DNA of 63,862 nucleotides, counting the filler, from Lama guanicoe (Eukaryota), in NCBI GenBank assembly GCA_013239625.1. It is 76 parts of 75 records of this genome, joined end to end, with 100 filler letters (N's around TTAATTAATTAA, not from the genome) between each part and the next. Parts side by side here need not be neighbours in the genome. Positions count along the whole stretch, not along the records: positions 37,097 to 37,660 come from PNXV01015084.1; positions 37,761 to 38,716 come from MU055607.1; positions 38,817 to 39,584 come from PNXV01015099.1; positions 39,685 to 40,439 come from PNXV01015204.1; positions 40,540 to 41,252 come from PNXV01015208.1; positions 41,353 to 42,085 come from PNXV01015209.1; positions 42,186 to 43,391 come from MU055611.1; positions 43,492 to 43,877 come from MU055612.1; 68 more parts are not named here. The stretch is one strand, 5' to 3'. Of this stretch, positions 37,361-50,508 are shown piece by piece. How positions within the stretch are numbered: position 1 is the first letter of the stretch; each line of letters begins with the position of its first letter. Both the position numbers and the translations under genes were made by a program. The notes under the pieces are model-generated. The model saw only the letters and a list, made by a program, of their open reading frames with translations. It searched no databases and was not told the origin of the DNA.

Positions 37361-37760
37361 CCTTACATCCTGTTCTGCCAAAATTCCAATGCCAAAATTC
37401 ATGTCTTTGGCCGTCTCCAAAGCCACATTTTCTGAAGAAGTCTCTCTAGATCCCAGGTGAAAGGAATTTCTCTTTTGTCTGTGCTCAAATCACATTTGAT
37501 AATATTTGATTACATTTAATCATATTTGGCTGTATCTACTTGTCTGATCTTTCCAGCCATATAAAAAAACTCAAAAGATTAGGAATCTTGACTTGGTTCC
37601 CTCTATTTCCGGAGAAACTAGTTCTATGCTTTGCAGGAGTGAGCCCTGCAGTAAGAGGTANNNNNNNNNNNNNNNNNNNNNNNNNNNNNNNNNNNNNNNN
37701 NNNNTTAATTAATTAANNNNNNNNNNNNNNNNNNNNNNNNNNNNNNNNNNNNNNNNNNNN

Positions 37761-38716
37761 CAGAAATCATAACACAGAACTTAGAACATGGATGCAGAAC
37801 ACAGAATTTTGAATATAGGATACTGTATACTGAATATTGAATTTAGAACATAAAATGCAGAACACAGAATATATAATAGAGTATACAGAACCCAGAAATT
37901 AAAACATGGAATCCAGAACAGAGAATTTAGAATATAGAATNNNNNNNNNNNNNNNNNNNNNNNNNNNNNNNNNNNNNNNNNNNNNNNNNNNNNNNNNNNN
38001 NNNNNNNNNNNNNNNNNNNNNNNNNNNNNNNNNNNNNNNNNNNNNNNNNNNNNNNNNNNNNNNNGAATTTAGATAATACAGAATATTGAAAATATAATAT
38101 AGAATGTAAAACACAGAGTATAGATTATAGAATACGGAATACTGAATATAGAATTTAGAATATTGAATGTAGAACACAGAATATAGAATATGGAAAAGAG
38201 AACACCGAACCCACAATTGAGAACATGGAATGCAGTACACAGAATTTAGAATATACAATACAGGACACTGAATATAGGATTTAGAATATTGAATGTAGAA
38301 CACAGAATTTAGAATAAACAATAGGATTGCAGAATACAGAGTGAAGAATATAGAATGGAGTACACAAAATATTGAATATAGACTACAGAATATAGAAGAC
38401 AGAATTTAGATAATGGAATGCAGAAAAAAGAATTTAGAATATATAATACAGAATACTGAATGTAGAATTTAGGATATAGCATGAAGAACACAGAATATAG
38501 AATATAGAATAGAGAATATAGAAAGCAGAAGTTAGAACAAGGAATGAGGACACAGAATTTAGAACATAGAATACAGAATACTGAATATAGAATTTAGAAA
38601 ATAGAATGTAGATCACAGAATATATAATATAGAATATGGAATGTAATATTTAGAATACAGAATATAGAACGTAGAACACAGAATATAGAATATAGAATAT
38701 GGAATGCAGAATATAG
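37761..38716 (-). repeat. Heptamer AT-rich satellite
   Basis: GAATATA/GAATTTA/GAACACA/GAATGTA arrays. Confidence 0.95.
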
Positions 38717-38816
38717 NNNNNNNNNNNNNNNNNNNNNNNNNNNNNNNNNNNNNNNNNNNNTTAATTAATTAANNNNNNNNNNNNNNNNNNNNNNNNNNNN
38801 NNNNNNNNNNNNNNNN

Positions 38817-39250
38817 TACAAGTTGGATGCCTTTTATATTTTTTACTGACCAGTTGTTATGGCTAGGACTTCTAATAGTGTAATTTAGGACTTGTGAAAA
38901 TGAGCTAATTTTTCATATTACTGGACCAGAGGAAAACCTTCCTGTATTTTAACATTGAACTTGATGTTAGTCATGGGTTTTTCATATATGGCTTTTATTA
39001 TCTTTAGACATATTCTTTCTAGGAAATTTATTAACAATTTTTTGTATACAAAAGTTAAGATCAGTTCTGTCAATACTTTTCCTACATTTTGGAGATTGTT
39101 ACTTTTGCATTCTCTGTTTTTTAAGGGATGGTATCACATTTATTGATTTGCATATGTTATATAATATTTATGAATCAGGAATTAATCATACATAACTATA
39201 TTTTATAATACATATAATATGCTATGAATTCAGGTTGCTAATATTTATTT
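38817..39250 (-). mobile_element. Degenerate LINE-1 ORF2 RT fragment
   Basis: ggatgccttttat, ggctaggacttctaatagt, gggtttttcatatatggcttttatta, gtatcacatttattgatttgcatatgtt. Confidence 0.75.
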
Positions 39251-39764
39251 AGAATGGAATATACACATACTGAAGGAAAAATTTACATTGTAGCTTGAGT
39301 GTACATTTATTTATTTAAAAATTTTATCAATCATTTTGAAATTGGCTTATGTTTAATGGAATTTATTTCTAAATAAAGAATATAAATTTTGGTAGAAATG
39401 GATTTACTTCAGTTTACTGATACAGAACATAGCTGTTATTTACAATAGGTGCACAAAGCACTTGCATTAAAATGCCATAATATACTAACAATGCCAACTG
39501 TTTCAGTACTGGGAAACATATTGCTTCCTAAAGTGATTACCTGGTCTTTTCCACCCCAACCCACATATAATTATATTATTTGCTNNNNNNNNNNNNNNNN
39601 NNNNNNNNNNNNNNNNNNNNNNNNNNNNTTAATTAATTAANNNNNNNNNNNNNNNNNNNNNNNNNNNNNNNNNNNNNNNNNNNNTGAATACACACTCACA
39701 TGTTAGAGCTAAACCATGGGTTCTTTTTGTCACTATAGTTTCTCCATGGCATAGAACATTACAA

Positions 39765-40010
39765 AGCGGGGTAGAGGGTGGGAAGGGATAGACTGGGATT
39801 TCAAAATTGTAGAACAGATAAACAAGATTACACTGTATAGCACAGGGAAATATACACAAAATGTTATGATAAATCACAGAGAAAAAAATGTGACAATACA
39901 TGTATGACTGAAAAATTGTACTGAACAGTGGAATTTGACACAACACTGTAAAATGATTATGAATCAATAAAAATGTAAAAAAAAAAACAAAAAAACAACA
40001 AAAAAAAAAA
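39765..40010 (+). mobile_element. 5'-truncated LINE-1 3' UTR with poly(A), camelid-like
   Basis: gggatagactgggatttcaaaattgtag...ctgtatagcacagggaaatatac...ggaatttgacacaacactgtaaaatgattat + A tail. Confidence 0.88.
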
Positions 40011-41352
40011 TAAGGAAACTACCACAGCAGGGATCATGGTATTAATGACTATGAAAACATTCAGGACAAAGAGTGTACTGTCAAATTAGCATGGGTATAT
40101 TGCACTCTGCAATTTGTGAGCTCTATATCAATTGCACATTTCTTTTTGAAAAATTGTGTTTAAGGATGATGAAATTGGTTTCCAGGTGCTATCAACATGA
40201 GTTTGTTTCTGTTGACAATAAATCAATAACTCCATCTGACATGACTCTTATAGTAGGAAGCATCCTCACAGTAATGCACTTTCTCAGTGACAGACGGATA
40301 GTTGTGTCTTGAATTCTTTGAAAGTGCTACTCAGATTAGGTGTTGTTCTGGTGAGCATTATTTCCTTGGCTCAAGGGTGAATGGCCACTTGTGTGATGAA
40401 GAAAAGCAGTTGTCATTTGGAAGGGACAAAAGGAAGAAGNNNNNNNNNNNNNNNNNNNNNNNNNNNNNNNNNNNNNNNNNNNNTTAATTAATTAANNNNN
40501 NNNNNNNNNNNNNNNNNNNNNNNNNNNNNNNNNNNNNNNACAGGGCAACAGGGGGCTCACAACCACAGTGATTCCCATGCCAGCCCATTAGGGAGTCATC
40601 TTCCCTAGAAATGTTCTTACAACCAGGGCTGTCTCCTCCCTTACTTCACTGACAGTTTCACTCCCAGCTTACAGTCCCCAACAAAAGGCTATCCCAGTTT
40701 GAATTCCTTAATCAAGTCATATTTACGTTGTCCATGGCACTTTCCAATAGAAACAGAACAGGGCCTGGCAGTGGCTGTGGGCCAGTTTCCTGAGTGAGGG
40801 GACTTGCTGGGCCCTTCAGGTTCTGTAGTCTGGCCCGAGCTTAGCTCCCAGCACGGCATCTTCCCATCTGCATGATTTCGGACAAGGCTTCAACACTTCA
40901 GAGCTTCATTTTATCTCTACTTCATATTTTAAGACTGTTATGTACCAAAAAGTGTGCTTAGGGAATTCAGTGAGTCAATGAATGGATGTCACATAAGATG
41001 GTCCTCAGGGAAGGTTAGTTATTTTCATTATGCACCATCGATAAAATTGGCTGCACAGACTTGGCCAGGTATCACAGCTACAGGCACAAGAATTTGACAA
41101 TGTGTCACTGTGGATCATAGTCACTATTTTACACAGTAAAACAGCTACCTGAGACCACCCAGCTGTCATCCCACCCAACTCCCCACCCCACGATCCCTGA
41201 ATATATCTGATTTGCTTGCTACCCCTAATTTTTGGAGAAAGTTGGCAAATCANNNNNNNNNNNNNNNNNNNNNNNNNNNNNNNNNNNNNNNNNNNNTTAA
41301 TTAATTAANNNNNNNNNNNNNNNNNNNNNNNNNNNNNNNNNNNNNNNNNNNN

Positions 41353-42085
41353 GAGGTACAAGCTCCAAATCGGTTTTACAGTGAAAAATTCAGGAACTTC
41401 ATACCGGCTCTAGGAAACAGACTGAGAAACCCGAGTAAGTGTTTCTCCTGCAACGTGTTCCCTTTGTGCTAGATGAACGAACGTCTCGCCACATGCTCAG
41501 TTTTGAGAGTTAAGCGTGTGTGAAAGCCTTCCTTCACCTCGCTTGTTGGGAACACAAGTTCCTCTTCAGTCGGAGACCCCACTCCATACTTATGTATGGG
41601 GAGGTTCAAGCTCCAACTCTGTTTTACAGTGAAAACCGCAGTAAATTCCAACCGGCACTAGGAAACAGACTGAGAAACCAGAGTAAGTGTTTCTCCTGCA
41701 AACTGTTCCTTTGTGCTAGATGCACGAACGTGTCTCCACATGCTAAGTTTTGACAGTTAAGCGTGTGTGAAAGCCCTCCTTCACCCCGCTTGTTGAGAAC
41801 ACAAAGTTTCTCTTCAGTTGCAGATTCCACTCCATACATATATATGGATAGGTACAAGCTCCAACTCGGTTTTACAGTGAAAACCGCAGGAAATTGAAAC
41901 CGGCACTAGGAAACAGACAGAGAAACCAGAGTAAGTGTTTCTCCTGCAACCTGTTCCCTTTGTGCTAGATGAACGAACGTCTGTGCACATGCTCAGTTTT
42001 GAGAGTTAAGCGTGTGTGAAAGCCATCTTTCAACAAGCTTGTTTGGAACACAAAGTTTCTCTTCATTTGCAGACCCCACTCCATA
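41353..42085 (+). repeat. 248-bp satellite, ~3 monomers
   Basis: ctaggaaacagac at 41410, 41658, 41906 (exactly 248). Confidence 0.97.
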
Positions 42086-43223
42086 NNNNNNNNNNNNNNN
42101 NNNNNNNNNNNNNNNNNNNNNNNNNNNNNTTAATTAATTAANNNNNNNNNNNNNNNNNNNNNNNNNNNNNNNNNNNNNNNNNNNNGTTCACCAACATACA
42201 AATAAATTAGTGAGAAGTATCACTTTAAAAAATGTGATGTGTCCTCAGTCTTGTAAGAATTACTAAATGGTGCTAAAGCTTATATTTAGATTTGATTCAT
42301 TGGACTTTGGGAATGACTTCGCCATCAGATAGTGCCAGGAAATGTGAGTTCAACTTTCATGTCCTTTCGGTGCCAGAAAATGCTGTCACCGCCCTTGCCT
42401 CTTAACCAGCATAAAGCTCCAGAATGGACTGACCAGACAAGGTGACAGACAACACAGAACCTCCACGAATTACCTTCTCACCATAGAGACAGGCCCAGGG
42501 ACNNNNNNNNNNNNNNNNNNNNNNNNNNNNNNNNNNNNNNNNNNNNNNNNNNNNNNNNNNNNNNNNNNNNNNNNNNNNNNNNNNNNNNNNNNNNNNNNNN
42601 NNNNNNNNNNNNNNNNNNNNNNNNNNNNNNNNNNNNNNNNNNNNNNNNNNNNNNNNNNNNNNNNNNNNNNNNNNNNNNNNNNNNNNNNNNNNNNNNNNNN
42701 NNNNNNNNNNNNNNNNNNNNNNNNNNNNNNNNNNNNNNNNNNNNNNNNNNNNNNNNNNNNNNNNNNNNNNNNNNNNNNNNNNNNNNNNNNNNNNNNNNNN
42801 NNNNNNNNNNNNNNNNNNNNNNNNNNNNNNNNNNNNNNNNNNNNNNNNNNNNNNNNNNNNNNNNNNNNNNNNNNNNNNNNNNNNNNNNNNNNNNNNNNNN
42901 NNNNNNNNNNNNNNNNNNNNNNNNNNNNNNNNNNNNNNNNNNNNNNNNNNNNNNNNNNNNNNNNNNNNNNNNNNNNNNNNNNNNNNNNNNNNNNNNNNNN
43001 NNNNNNNNNNNNNNNNNNNNNNNNNNNNNNNNNNNNNNNNNNNNNNNNNNNNNNNNNNNNNNNNNNNNNNNNNNNNNNNNNNNNNNNNNNNNNNNNNNNN
43101 NNNNNNNNNNNNNNNNNNNNNNNNNNNNNNNNNNNNNNNNNNNNNNNNNNNNNNNNNNNNNNNNNNNNNNNNNNNNNNNNNNATGCACAATATGTTTGGT
43201 GGTAGAGATTTAAGGTCTCTGAA

Positions 43224-43272
43224 GTTGTTGTTGTTATTGTTATTGTTATTATTATTATTATTATTATTATTA
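43224..43272 (+). repeat. (TTG)n-(TTA)n trinucleotide microsatellite
   Basis: Direct reading. Confidence 0.9.
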
Positions 43273-44565
43273 AAGTATATTAACCAAGTACTAAGCTGGA
43301 TGTAATGGATGGGATATATCTGTTACAGCCGGCTACGCTAACAGCACCCAGAGTTCCCAGTGGGCTAGAACGGTTCAGAATAAAGCAGCCANNNNNNNNN
43401 NNNNNNNNNNNNNNNNNNNNNNNNNNNNNNNNNNNTTAATTAATTAANNNNNNNNNNNNNNNNNNNNNNNNNNNNNNNNNNNNNNNNNNNNGAGATCAAG
43501 AGTTAACCAGTTTACCACAGAGTTGAAGGAGTTCATGTTCTGTCAGGTTATAGAACCTGACGAAGGGTAGTCAGTTGGTGCCTTTGAAGCCTGGGTGATG
43601 GGGGCTTCTGGAGGATTGGGACTGGGGGAATCGAATCATACCACGGAGTTTTCAAGAAGGAGCGAGGGCGTGTGTGGCGAAGTCTTCATGAACTTTTACA
43701 ATAGTTTGTATGGGGGCACATCCTTAGGTCCCAATATTATAGAACCTGCTTCTTGACTTGGTCTTGAGTTAATATTTTGAGTATTTTATTGTTCAAAGTG
43801 TTATTTCTTGTATAAGGTTTTCAAATCAAGTACTTTACATTTTATTAAATCTTTAGGTGCCAATCCCTGGGAATACCNNNNNNNNNNNNNNNNNNNNNNN
43901 NNNNNNNNNNNNNNNNNNNNNTTAATTAATTAANNNNNNNNNNNNNNNNNNNNNNNNNNNNNNNNNNNNNNNNNNNNCTGTAAGTACTGTTGTCAGCTTA
44001 GAGCTGGCAGAATTTTGTAGATTTTATGGCGCCTTCTCCTGTAATTGCTGGTGCAGGGCAGTAGATGGGTTGGTGTGGCCCTGGGTCATGTGCACACTCA
44101 TTTCCTGATGAACTTAGTCTCATATTTGTGTCATGCTTGGCAGCCTGTGAGAATGCAGGCCACAAACATGCCCATGTACAATGCTTAACTGATTGCTTTT
44201 GATGAATTAAATCATAAGGGTATATCAACTGTAGCGTTAGTAAACAAAAATGCATTTGGGGAAAATGCAAATGCTGTATGAGTTATAGCACTTAGCTATA
44301 TGAGTTAAAAAACCCCAGTAGTAAATGCAAATCATTCATAGGACTTGTCAGTATGGGCTTTTATTATAACACACACATCTTTGTTAGGAACCTACCTGGA
44401 AGTTTGCCTTCATTGACTCTTAACAGATTGCCAATCTACCTTGGTACTATTCCATTTTCTAAGTANNNNNNNNNNNNNNNNNNNNNNNNNNNNNNNNNNN
44501 NNNNNNNNNTTAATTAATTAANNNNNNNNNNNNNNNNNNNNNNNNNNNNNNNNNNNNNNNNNNNN

Positions 44566-45234
44566 TAGAATACAGAATTCAGAACCCAGAATATAGAACA
44601 TGGAATGCAGAACATAGAATATAGTATATAGAATACAGGAATAGAATGTAGAATATAGACAGTAGAACACAGTATCGAGAATACAGAATACAGAATACAG
44701 AACCCAGAATTTAGAACATGTAATGCAGAATATAGAGTATAGAATATAGAATACAGAATAAAGAACACAGAATTTAGAACATGGAATGCAGAACATAGAA
44801 TATAGAATAAGGTATACAGAAAATAAAATGTAGAATACAGAATGTAGAACACAGAATATAGAATAGAGAATAGAGAATACAGAACCCAGAATTTAGAACA
44901 TGGAATGCACAAAGCACAGAATACAGAATAAAGAATACTGAACACAGATCCCAGAATATAGAACATGGATTTCAGAACTCAGAATTAAGGATGTAGAATA
45001 CAGAATAAAGAATATACAATGCAGAATGTACAATTCAGTATATAGAATACAGAATAAAGAATGCAGAACCCAGAATTGAGATCATGGAATGCAGAACACA
45101 GAGTATAGAATATAGAATACATAATAGATAACCCAGAACTTACGCATGGAATGCAGAACACAGAATATAGAATGTGAAATACAGTATGGAAAATGTAGAA
45201 TACAGAATGTAGCAAACAGAATATAGAATACAGA
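44566..45234 (-). repeat. Heptamer AT-rich satellite
   Basis: Recurrent gaacccagaatttagaacatggaatgcagaac phrase. Confidence 0.95.
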
Positions 45235-45334
45235 NNNNNNNNNNNNNNNNNNNNNNNNNNNNNNNNNNNNNNNNNNNNTTAATTAATTAANNNNNNNNNN
45301 NNNNNNNNNNNNNNNNNNNNNNNNNNNNNNNNNN

Positions 45335-45855
45335 TCTACGCTGTTTGGTTGCCTGATACGGAGTGCTGGGGAAAGTGTGGGTTCGGCTCTATATCCAAGT
45401 ATTAGCGAGTGCTTCTCCATGGGACTTGGAGGTTATTAACCAAAAAACCACAACATGGGAATAGCTGTGCTCCTTGAAATTGCGTGGACTCTGTAACCCC
45501 AACTCCAGAACACACATGCAGATGTTTTCTGGTATCCTGAGTGTGGGCCGGCACTTTCAGGTGACAGACGCGGCTGAGTTCTAATAGAATCCCTTAGCTT
45601 GTAATCCCTGAGTGTTTCCCTGGACTGACTCTGAGAGAAACCTGGGTGTTTGGCTTTGAGGCCAAATAGTAGCGAGTGTNNNNNNNNNNNNNNNNNNNNN
45701 NNNNNNNNNNNNNNNNNNNNNNNNNNNNNNNNNNNNNNNNNNNNNNNNNNNNNNNNNNNNNNNNNNNNNNNNNNNNNNNNNNNNNATGAGTTCCAGTATC
45801 CTGAGTGTGGGGTTGTTCTTCCAACTGACATCAGCGTCTTGGTTTTAATAGAATC
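45335..45855 (-). repeat. Diverged ~266-bp satellite, same monomer order as 32264-33085
   Basis: Near-identical to 32334-32860 over its whole length. Confidence 0.92.
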
Positions 45856-48339
45856 NNNNNNNNNNNNNNNNNNNNNNNNNNNNNNNNNNNNNNNNNNNNT
45901 TAATTAATTAANNNNNNNNNNNNNNNNNNNNNNNNNNNNNNNNNNNNNNNNNNNNACGAACCACGTCAGGGGGCTGTCTGGCCCCACTCACTTCCAATCC
46001 CAGCATGAGTTTGAATTTAGAGCACTTCTAAAGTCAAGAGACAGTGGCTTATACGCATTCCAGGGGGAGCTTCAAGAGTAAGCCGCCCAGGAGTGGGTGC
46101 TGGCGGGGCTGAGGGAGGCTTTGGAACTGCCGGGACCTCCTTTTCCCATGACTTCTTTCATTTCAGGTGATTTTCGGTATTGAACAGGAAGTGTTAACTC
46201 CTCCCTTCCATCGTAGGTGTTCACGCTGAACCTAGAGTTTATCAGACCTCAGAACTCACACCATTTGCCATGGTTCTGTCTCGCAAAATCATTGATCTGG
46301 TGTTTATTGACCTAGGTCCCAGAAACACCCCAGAACGTGCCCTGCTGTCCCCAAGGAAGCCTTCAGGCAAAGCCATCCTGGGGGTCCCATGCCTGTTTCC
46401 CACAATCTGTGATGTTTGTTCGGCTAACATTTCTGAGTTGAGTTAAACTGCCAAAGAAGTGAATGGCTCAGAAATCTTCCCATACAGTTTGTGCCTTGCA
46501 AACAGTGTCCCAGTGCTGGTGCAGTGTTGTGGGTGGGTAGGGAGGAAACCTGCCACTTGGGGACCAGAGGTGGCACCGGGCACTCGGCTGACAGGGCCTA
46601 TCAAGGTGANNNNNNNNNNNNNNNNNNNNNNNNNNNNNNNNNNNNNNNNNNNNTTAATTAATTAANNNNNNNNNNNNNNNNNNNNNNNNNNNNNNNNNNN
46701 NNNNNNNNNTCCTTAAATTTGGGACTTGGGCTCTGATTTTGCTTTTTGCTCTTCCCACTCCTCTTGTCATCTCCTTTTTCCCACGTGGCCTCCAAGATGT
46801 CATGGTCTCAAAGGAGTGGGTGGACAAACACCAGTTGATCACCATGCAGTGCTGCTGTAGAAGAATCCCAGCCAAGAGCTAAAGGGTATTATCAGAGAGG
46901 GCTTCCTGGAAGAAATGGGCTCTACATTCAGTTCTGAGGACAGACTAAGAGTCAGCCAGGAGAAGGAGTCAAGAAGGAGGCTCATGTGGCAAGTGCAGCG
47001 CGGGCAGAGGCCTGGAGGCTTGTGGTTGGGGACTCGTGGAGACTGCCCTCTGTGGTCCAGGGTGGAGGGTGCCCTGCTGGGGAGGACACTGGAGAGGGCC
47101 TGGGAGGAGGGCTTTGGAGGAGCTTGGGTTTTACTAAAACTGACACAGGAGGCAGTGAAGGCTGTCAGCAGGAAGTGACCCTCAGGAAAGGTACTTCTGG
47201 TTTTGCTTCTGATATTCTACAGAAAGAAGGGCCGGGANNNNNNNNNNNNNNNNNNNNNNNNNNNNNNNNNNNNNNNNNNNNNNNNNNNNNNNNNNAGACC
47301 CACCCTTCATTTATTTATAACACGTGCACTTCTGAGTGTCTAGGGTAGAGAGGGTGGACCCACATTAGTAAGCAAAATGCATTAGCTTCTTGGGAGCTTA
47401 GCAGTGTCAGAACTTGACTTAGCCTAGAATATTCTAGGAACAGAGGAACAAAGTGGGAAGGTTGGAGTGAGGGAAGGCTTCCTTGACAAACAGTCAAAAT
47501 GAGCCTGGAGGCAAGTGNNNNNNNNNNNNNNNNNNNNNNNNNNNNNNNNNNNNNNNNNNNNTTAATTAATTAANNNNNNNNNNNNNNNNNNNNNNNNNNN
47601 NNNNNNNNNNNNNNNNNACATTATCTAAACACCAAAGGACAATGCTATGTCATTTGGGGCATTTAAGTATTTTTCTTAGTATTTTATCATAAAATTTCCC
47701 TAAGGCAAGTTGCTTAACCCTGGAATTGTACTAGCCTTTTGTCAAGTACAGAATAACATTCCCAGAAATGACCCCAATATCAAAATACTATGTGAGGCTG
47801 GGAAGACCACAGGGCTCTCAGCTTATTCTCTGAATCCTACAAAGAATGCTGTTCATTCACTGATTTTACGCATTCGATGCCTGTGAGTCACTCACTCACT
47901 GAGCTGGCTCGGACTGAGACCTACTATATACCAGGTGCCGATCCAAGTGCTGGGGGACCCCATGGGGAGCCTGGATCACAGCATCACTGTCCTTCATTTG
48001 CTCCCAGAATCCTACTCAAGAAACCCATATTGAATTGGGGGGGTGGAGGCAGGTGAGTTATGATGAAATTCATTTAATTATGATCCTTTAGACATATTTA
48101 AATAGCATGAAAGTAGTTGCTAATTTTGATAAGTTTTCTTTTCCCATTTCTATGTATTTTTGAGGATGGGTATAGTTTTGGTGCAGCAAGAGTAATTTNN
48201 NNNNNNNNNNNNNNNNNNNNNNNNNNNNNNNNNNNNNNNNNNTTAATTAATTAANNNNNNNNNNNNNNNNNNNNNNNNNNNNNNNNNNNNNNNNNNNNAT
48301 CCAAAGGGCATATATTACTAGGAAAACGGTGCTCCTAGA

Positions 48340-48600
48340 AATGGACTTATGGACATAGATAGCAAACTGTGTTTAGCAGGCAGGAAAGGGGGGATTAACA
48401 GATACAAATTNNNNNNNNNNNNNNNNNNNNNNNNNNNNNNNNNNNNNNNNNNNNNNNNNNNNNNNNNNNNNNNNNNNNNNNNNATGTATATACATATGCA
48501 TATGTTTATAACTGAATCTCTGCTGTACACCTGAAACTAACATTGTAAATTGACTACACTTAAATAAAAAATAATTTAAAAAATAAGTAAAAATAAAAGC
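48340..48600 (+). mobile_element. LINE-1 3' UTR end
   Basis: gggattaacagatacaaa...ataactgaatctctgctgtacacctgaaactaacattgtaaattgactacact + A-rich tail. Confidence 0.85.
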
Positions 48601-49157
48601 AACGCCATTGAGAAAAAATAAAAGAACACTCTAATCCCCTTAGGTGTAGGTGGTGAAGAATTCTGGTTGCAAGCACCAAGTCCACTGGATCACTCCAGCC
48701 CTGGCTGTCACTCTTTCTGAACATCAGGGAGTCACTTGCTTCACTGAGGTTTCTTTTCTCTTCTGTGAAAGGATACAGTTGCAACTAACGATGTATAGAA
48801 TCTCATCATTCACAAGTACAACAAATAGTGAAGACTTCCCATGGGCCAGGCACTGGACAGATGAAAAGATAGGGTCCCAGATATATTCATGGGTAGAAGA
48901 AGTTTATGCCATAAAGACATTAAATCTTCCTGTTTTGATAGACAGATTCTTTGCAATTCTGATTAGAATTCCTTCAAGGTTTTTCTTGGAATGTAACAAG
49001 TGAATTTATGGTCAGAAATAGCCAAGAAATTTCTTTAGAACCACCACTGGGGAGGGGNNNNNNNNNNNNNNNNNNNNNNNNNNNNNNNNNNNNNNNNNNN
49101 NTTAATTAATTAANNNNNNNNNNNNNNNNNNNNNNNNNNNNNNNNNNNNNNNNNNNN

Positions 49158-49633
49158 CATAGAGAGGCAGTCGCTATTACTTGGCTTTAGAGCCCAACCC
49201 CCACCTTCGCTCCAATTCCGTCCTTGGAAAACACTCAGGGAAAGTAACCTAAGGGATCCTATTAGAACCCAGATGCTGCTGTCAGTGGGAGGTGCCTCCC
49301 CACACTCAGGATACCAGAACAATTCTTCATGTGTGTGCTGGTGGTGGGGAAGCAGAGTCCACGCATTTTTCAAGGAGCACAGGTATTCCCAGGTTGTGGG
49401 ATTTTGGTGAATAATTTCCTCTTCCCATGGAGAAGCACTCGCTAATACTTGGATTTACAGCCCAACCCACAATTTCCCCCGCACACCGCCCTTGGCAAGC
49501 CATCATTGAAGACAGGTATATTTATTGTATTAGAACCCAGGCGCTGCTGTTATTTGGAGGAAACTCACATCTGAGCCTGATATCGTGTGTGTGGTGGAGG
49601 AGGGAAACTGAGTCCACACATCTTTATGGGGGC
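49158..49633 (+). repeat. Diverged ~268-bp satellite monomers
   Basis: attagaacccag at 49261 and 49529; cgcta.tacttgg.ttta.agcccaaccc repeated. Confidence 0.88.
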
Positions 49634-49733
49634 NNNNNNNNNNNNNNNNNNNNNNNNNNNNNNNNNNNNNNNNNNNNTTAATTAATTAANNNNNNNNNNN
49701 NNNNNNNNNNNNNNNNNNNNNNNNNNNNNNNNN

Positions 49734-50508
49734 TGTCTTCACCATCCTTCTTGTCTGTCCCCAAAGGAAAGCACTACTTGGTGCACTGCAAATATATAAG
49801 TGATTCTGTTCCTGTTTCTTTATGATTATATCTCTTATATCTTTAGTTTCCTCATATAAGTGATAACTTAAAGTGTTTTCCTCTGTATGACTTATTTTCA
49901 TATGTACAACGCCCTCTGGGTCCAGTCACATTTTTCCAAATCGCAGAATTATATTTTTTGATATGACAATGACTAAGTATTTATTATGTTATCTATATTT
50001 CACATCTACTTCAGCCAATCATGTGTAGAAAGGTGCGCATCTATCTTGGCTGTTTTAAATGATGGTGTTAAGAACATTGGGGGTAATATATCTTTTAATG
50101 TTAATGTTTTCATGTTTTAGAGATTTATATCAAAAACTGGAATTGTTGCAACATATAATATTTCTATTTCTAGTTTTCTGTGCACTGATTACAGTTTTAT
50201 AATAGTGGATGCATCAATTTATGTTTCCACCAACAGTGTACCTGGGTTCCCTTTTATCGACATTCTTATTAATGTTTGTAATTTGAAGCCTTTTTAATAG
50301 CCATTTTTGTTGCTATGAGATTATATTTCATTCTGGTTTTGATTTAATATTTCCCAATGAATAGCAACGTTATGTTTCTTTTTATGTGAATGAAAATCAT
50401 CCTCATGTCTGTTTTTGAAAAGTTTCCACGAAGATCCTTAATCTGTTTCAAAGTTGGGACCTGTGTTTTAAAATATTGAGTCTACTATGCTACATATATT
50501 TTATGGAT
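49734..50508 (-). mobile_element. Old LINE-1 3' region; close paralog of 7195-7819
   Basis: Colinear with the 7k scaffold, sharing unusual words. Confidence 0.8.

Noticed and set aside
43542..43561. 8-bp hairpin GTCAGGTT-ATAG-AACCTGAC; possible NUMT or ERV gag origin of the scaffold
   Set aside because: A stem this short is expected by chance, and translations gave no convincing mitochondrial or gag motif
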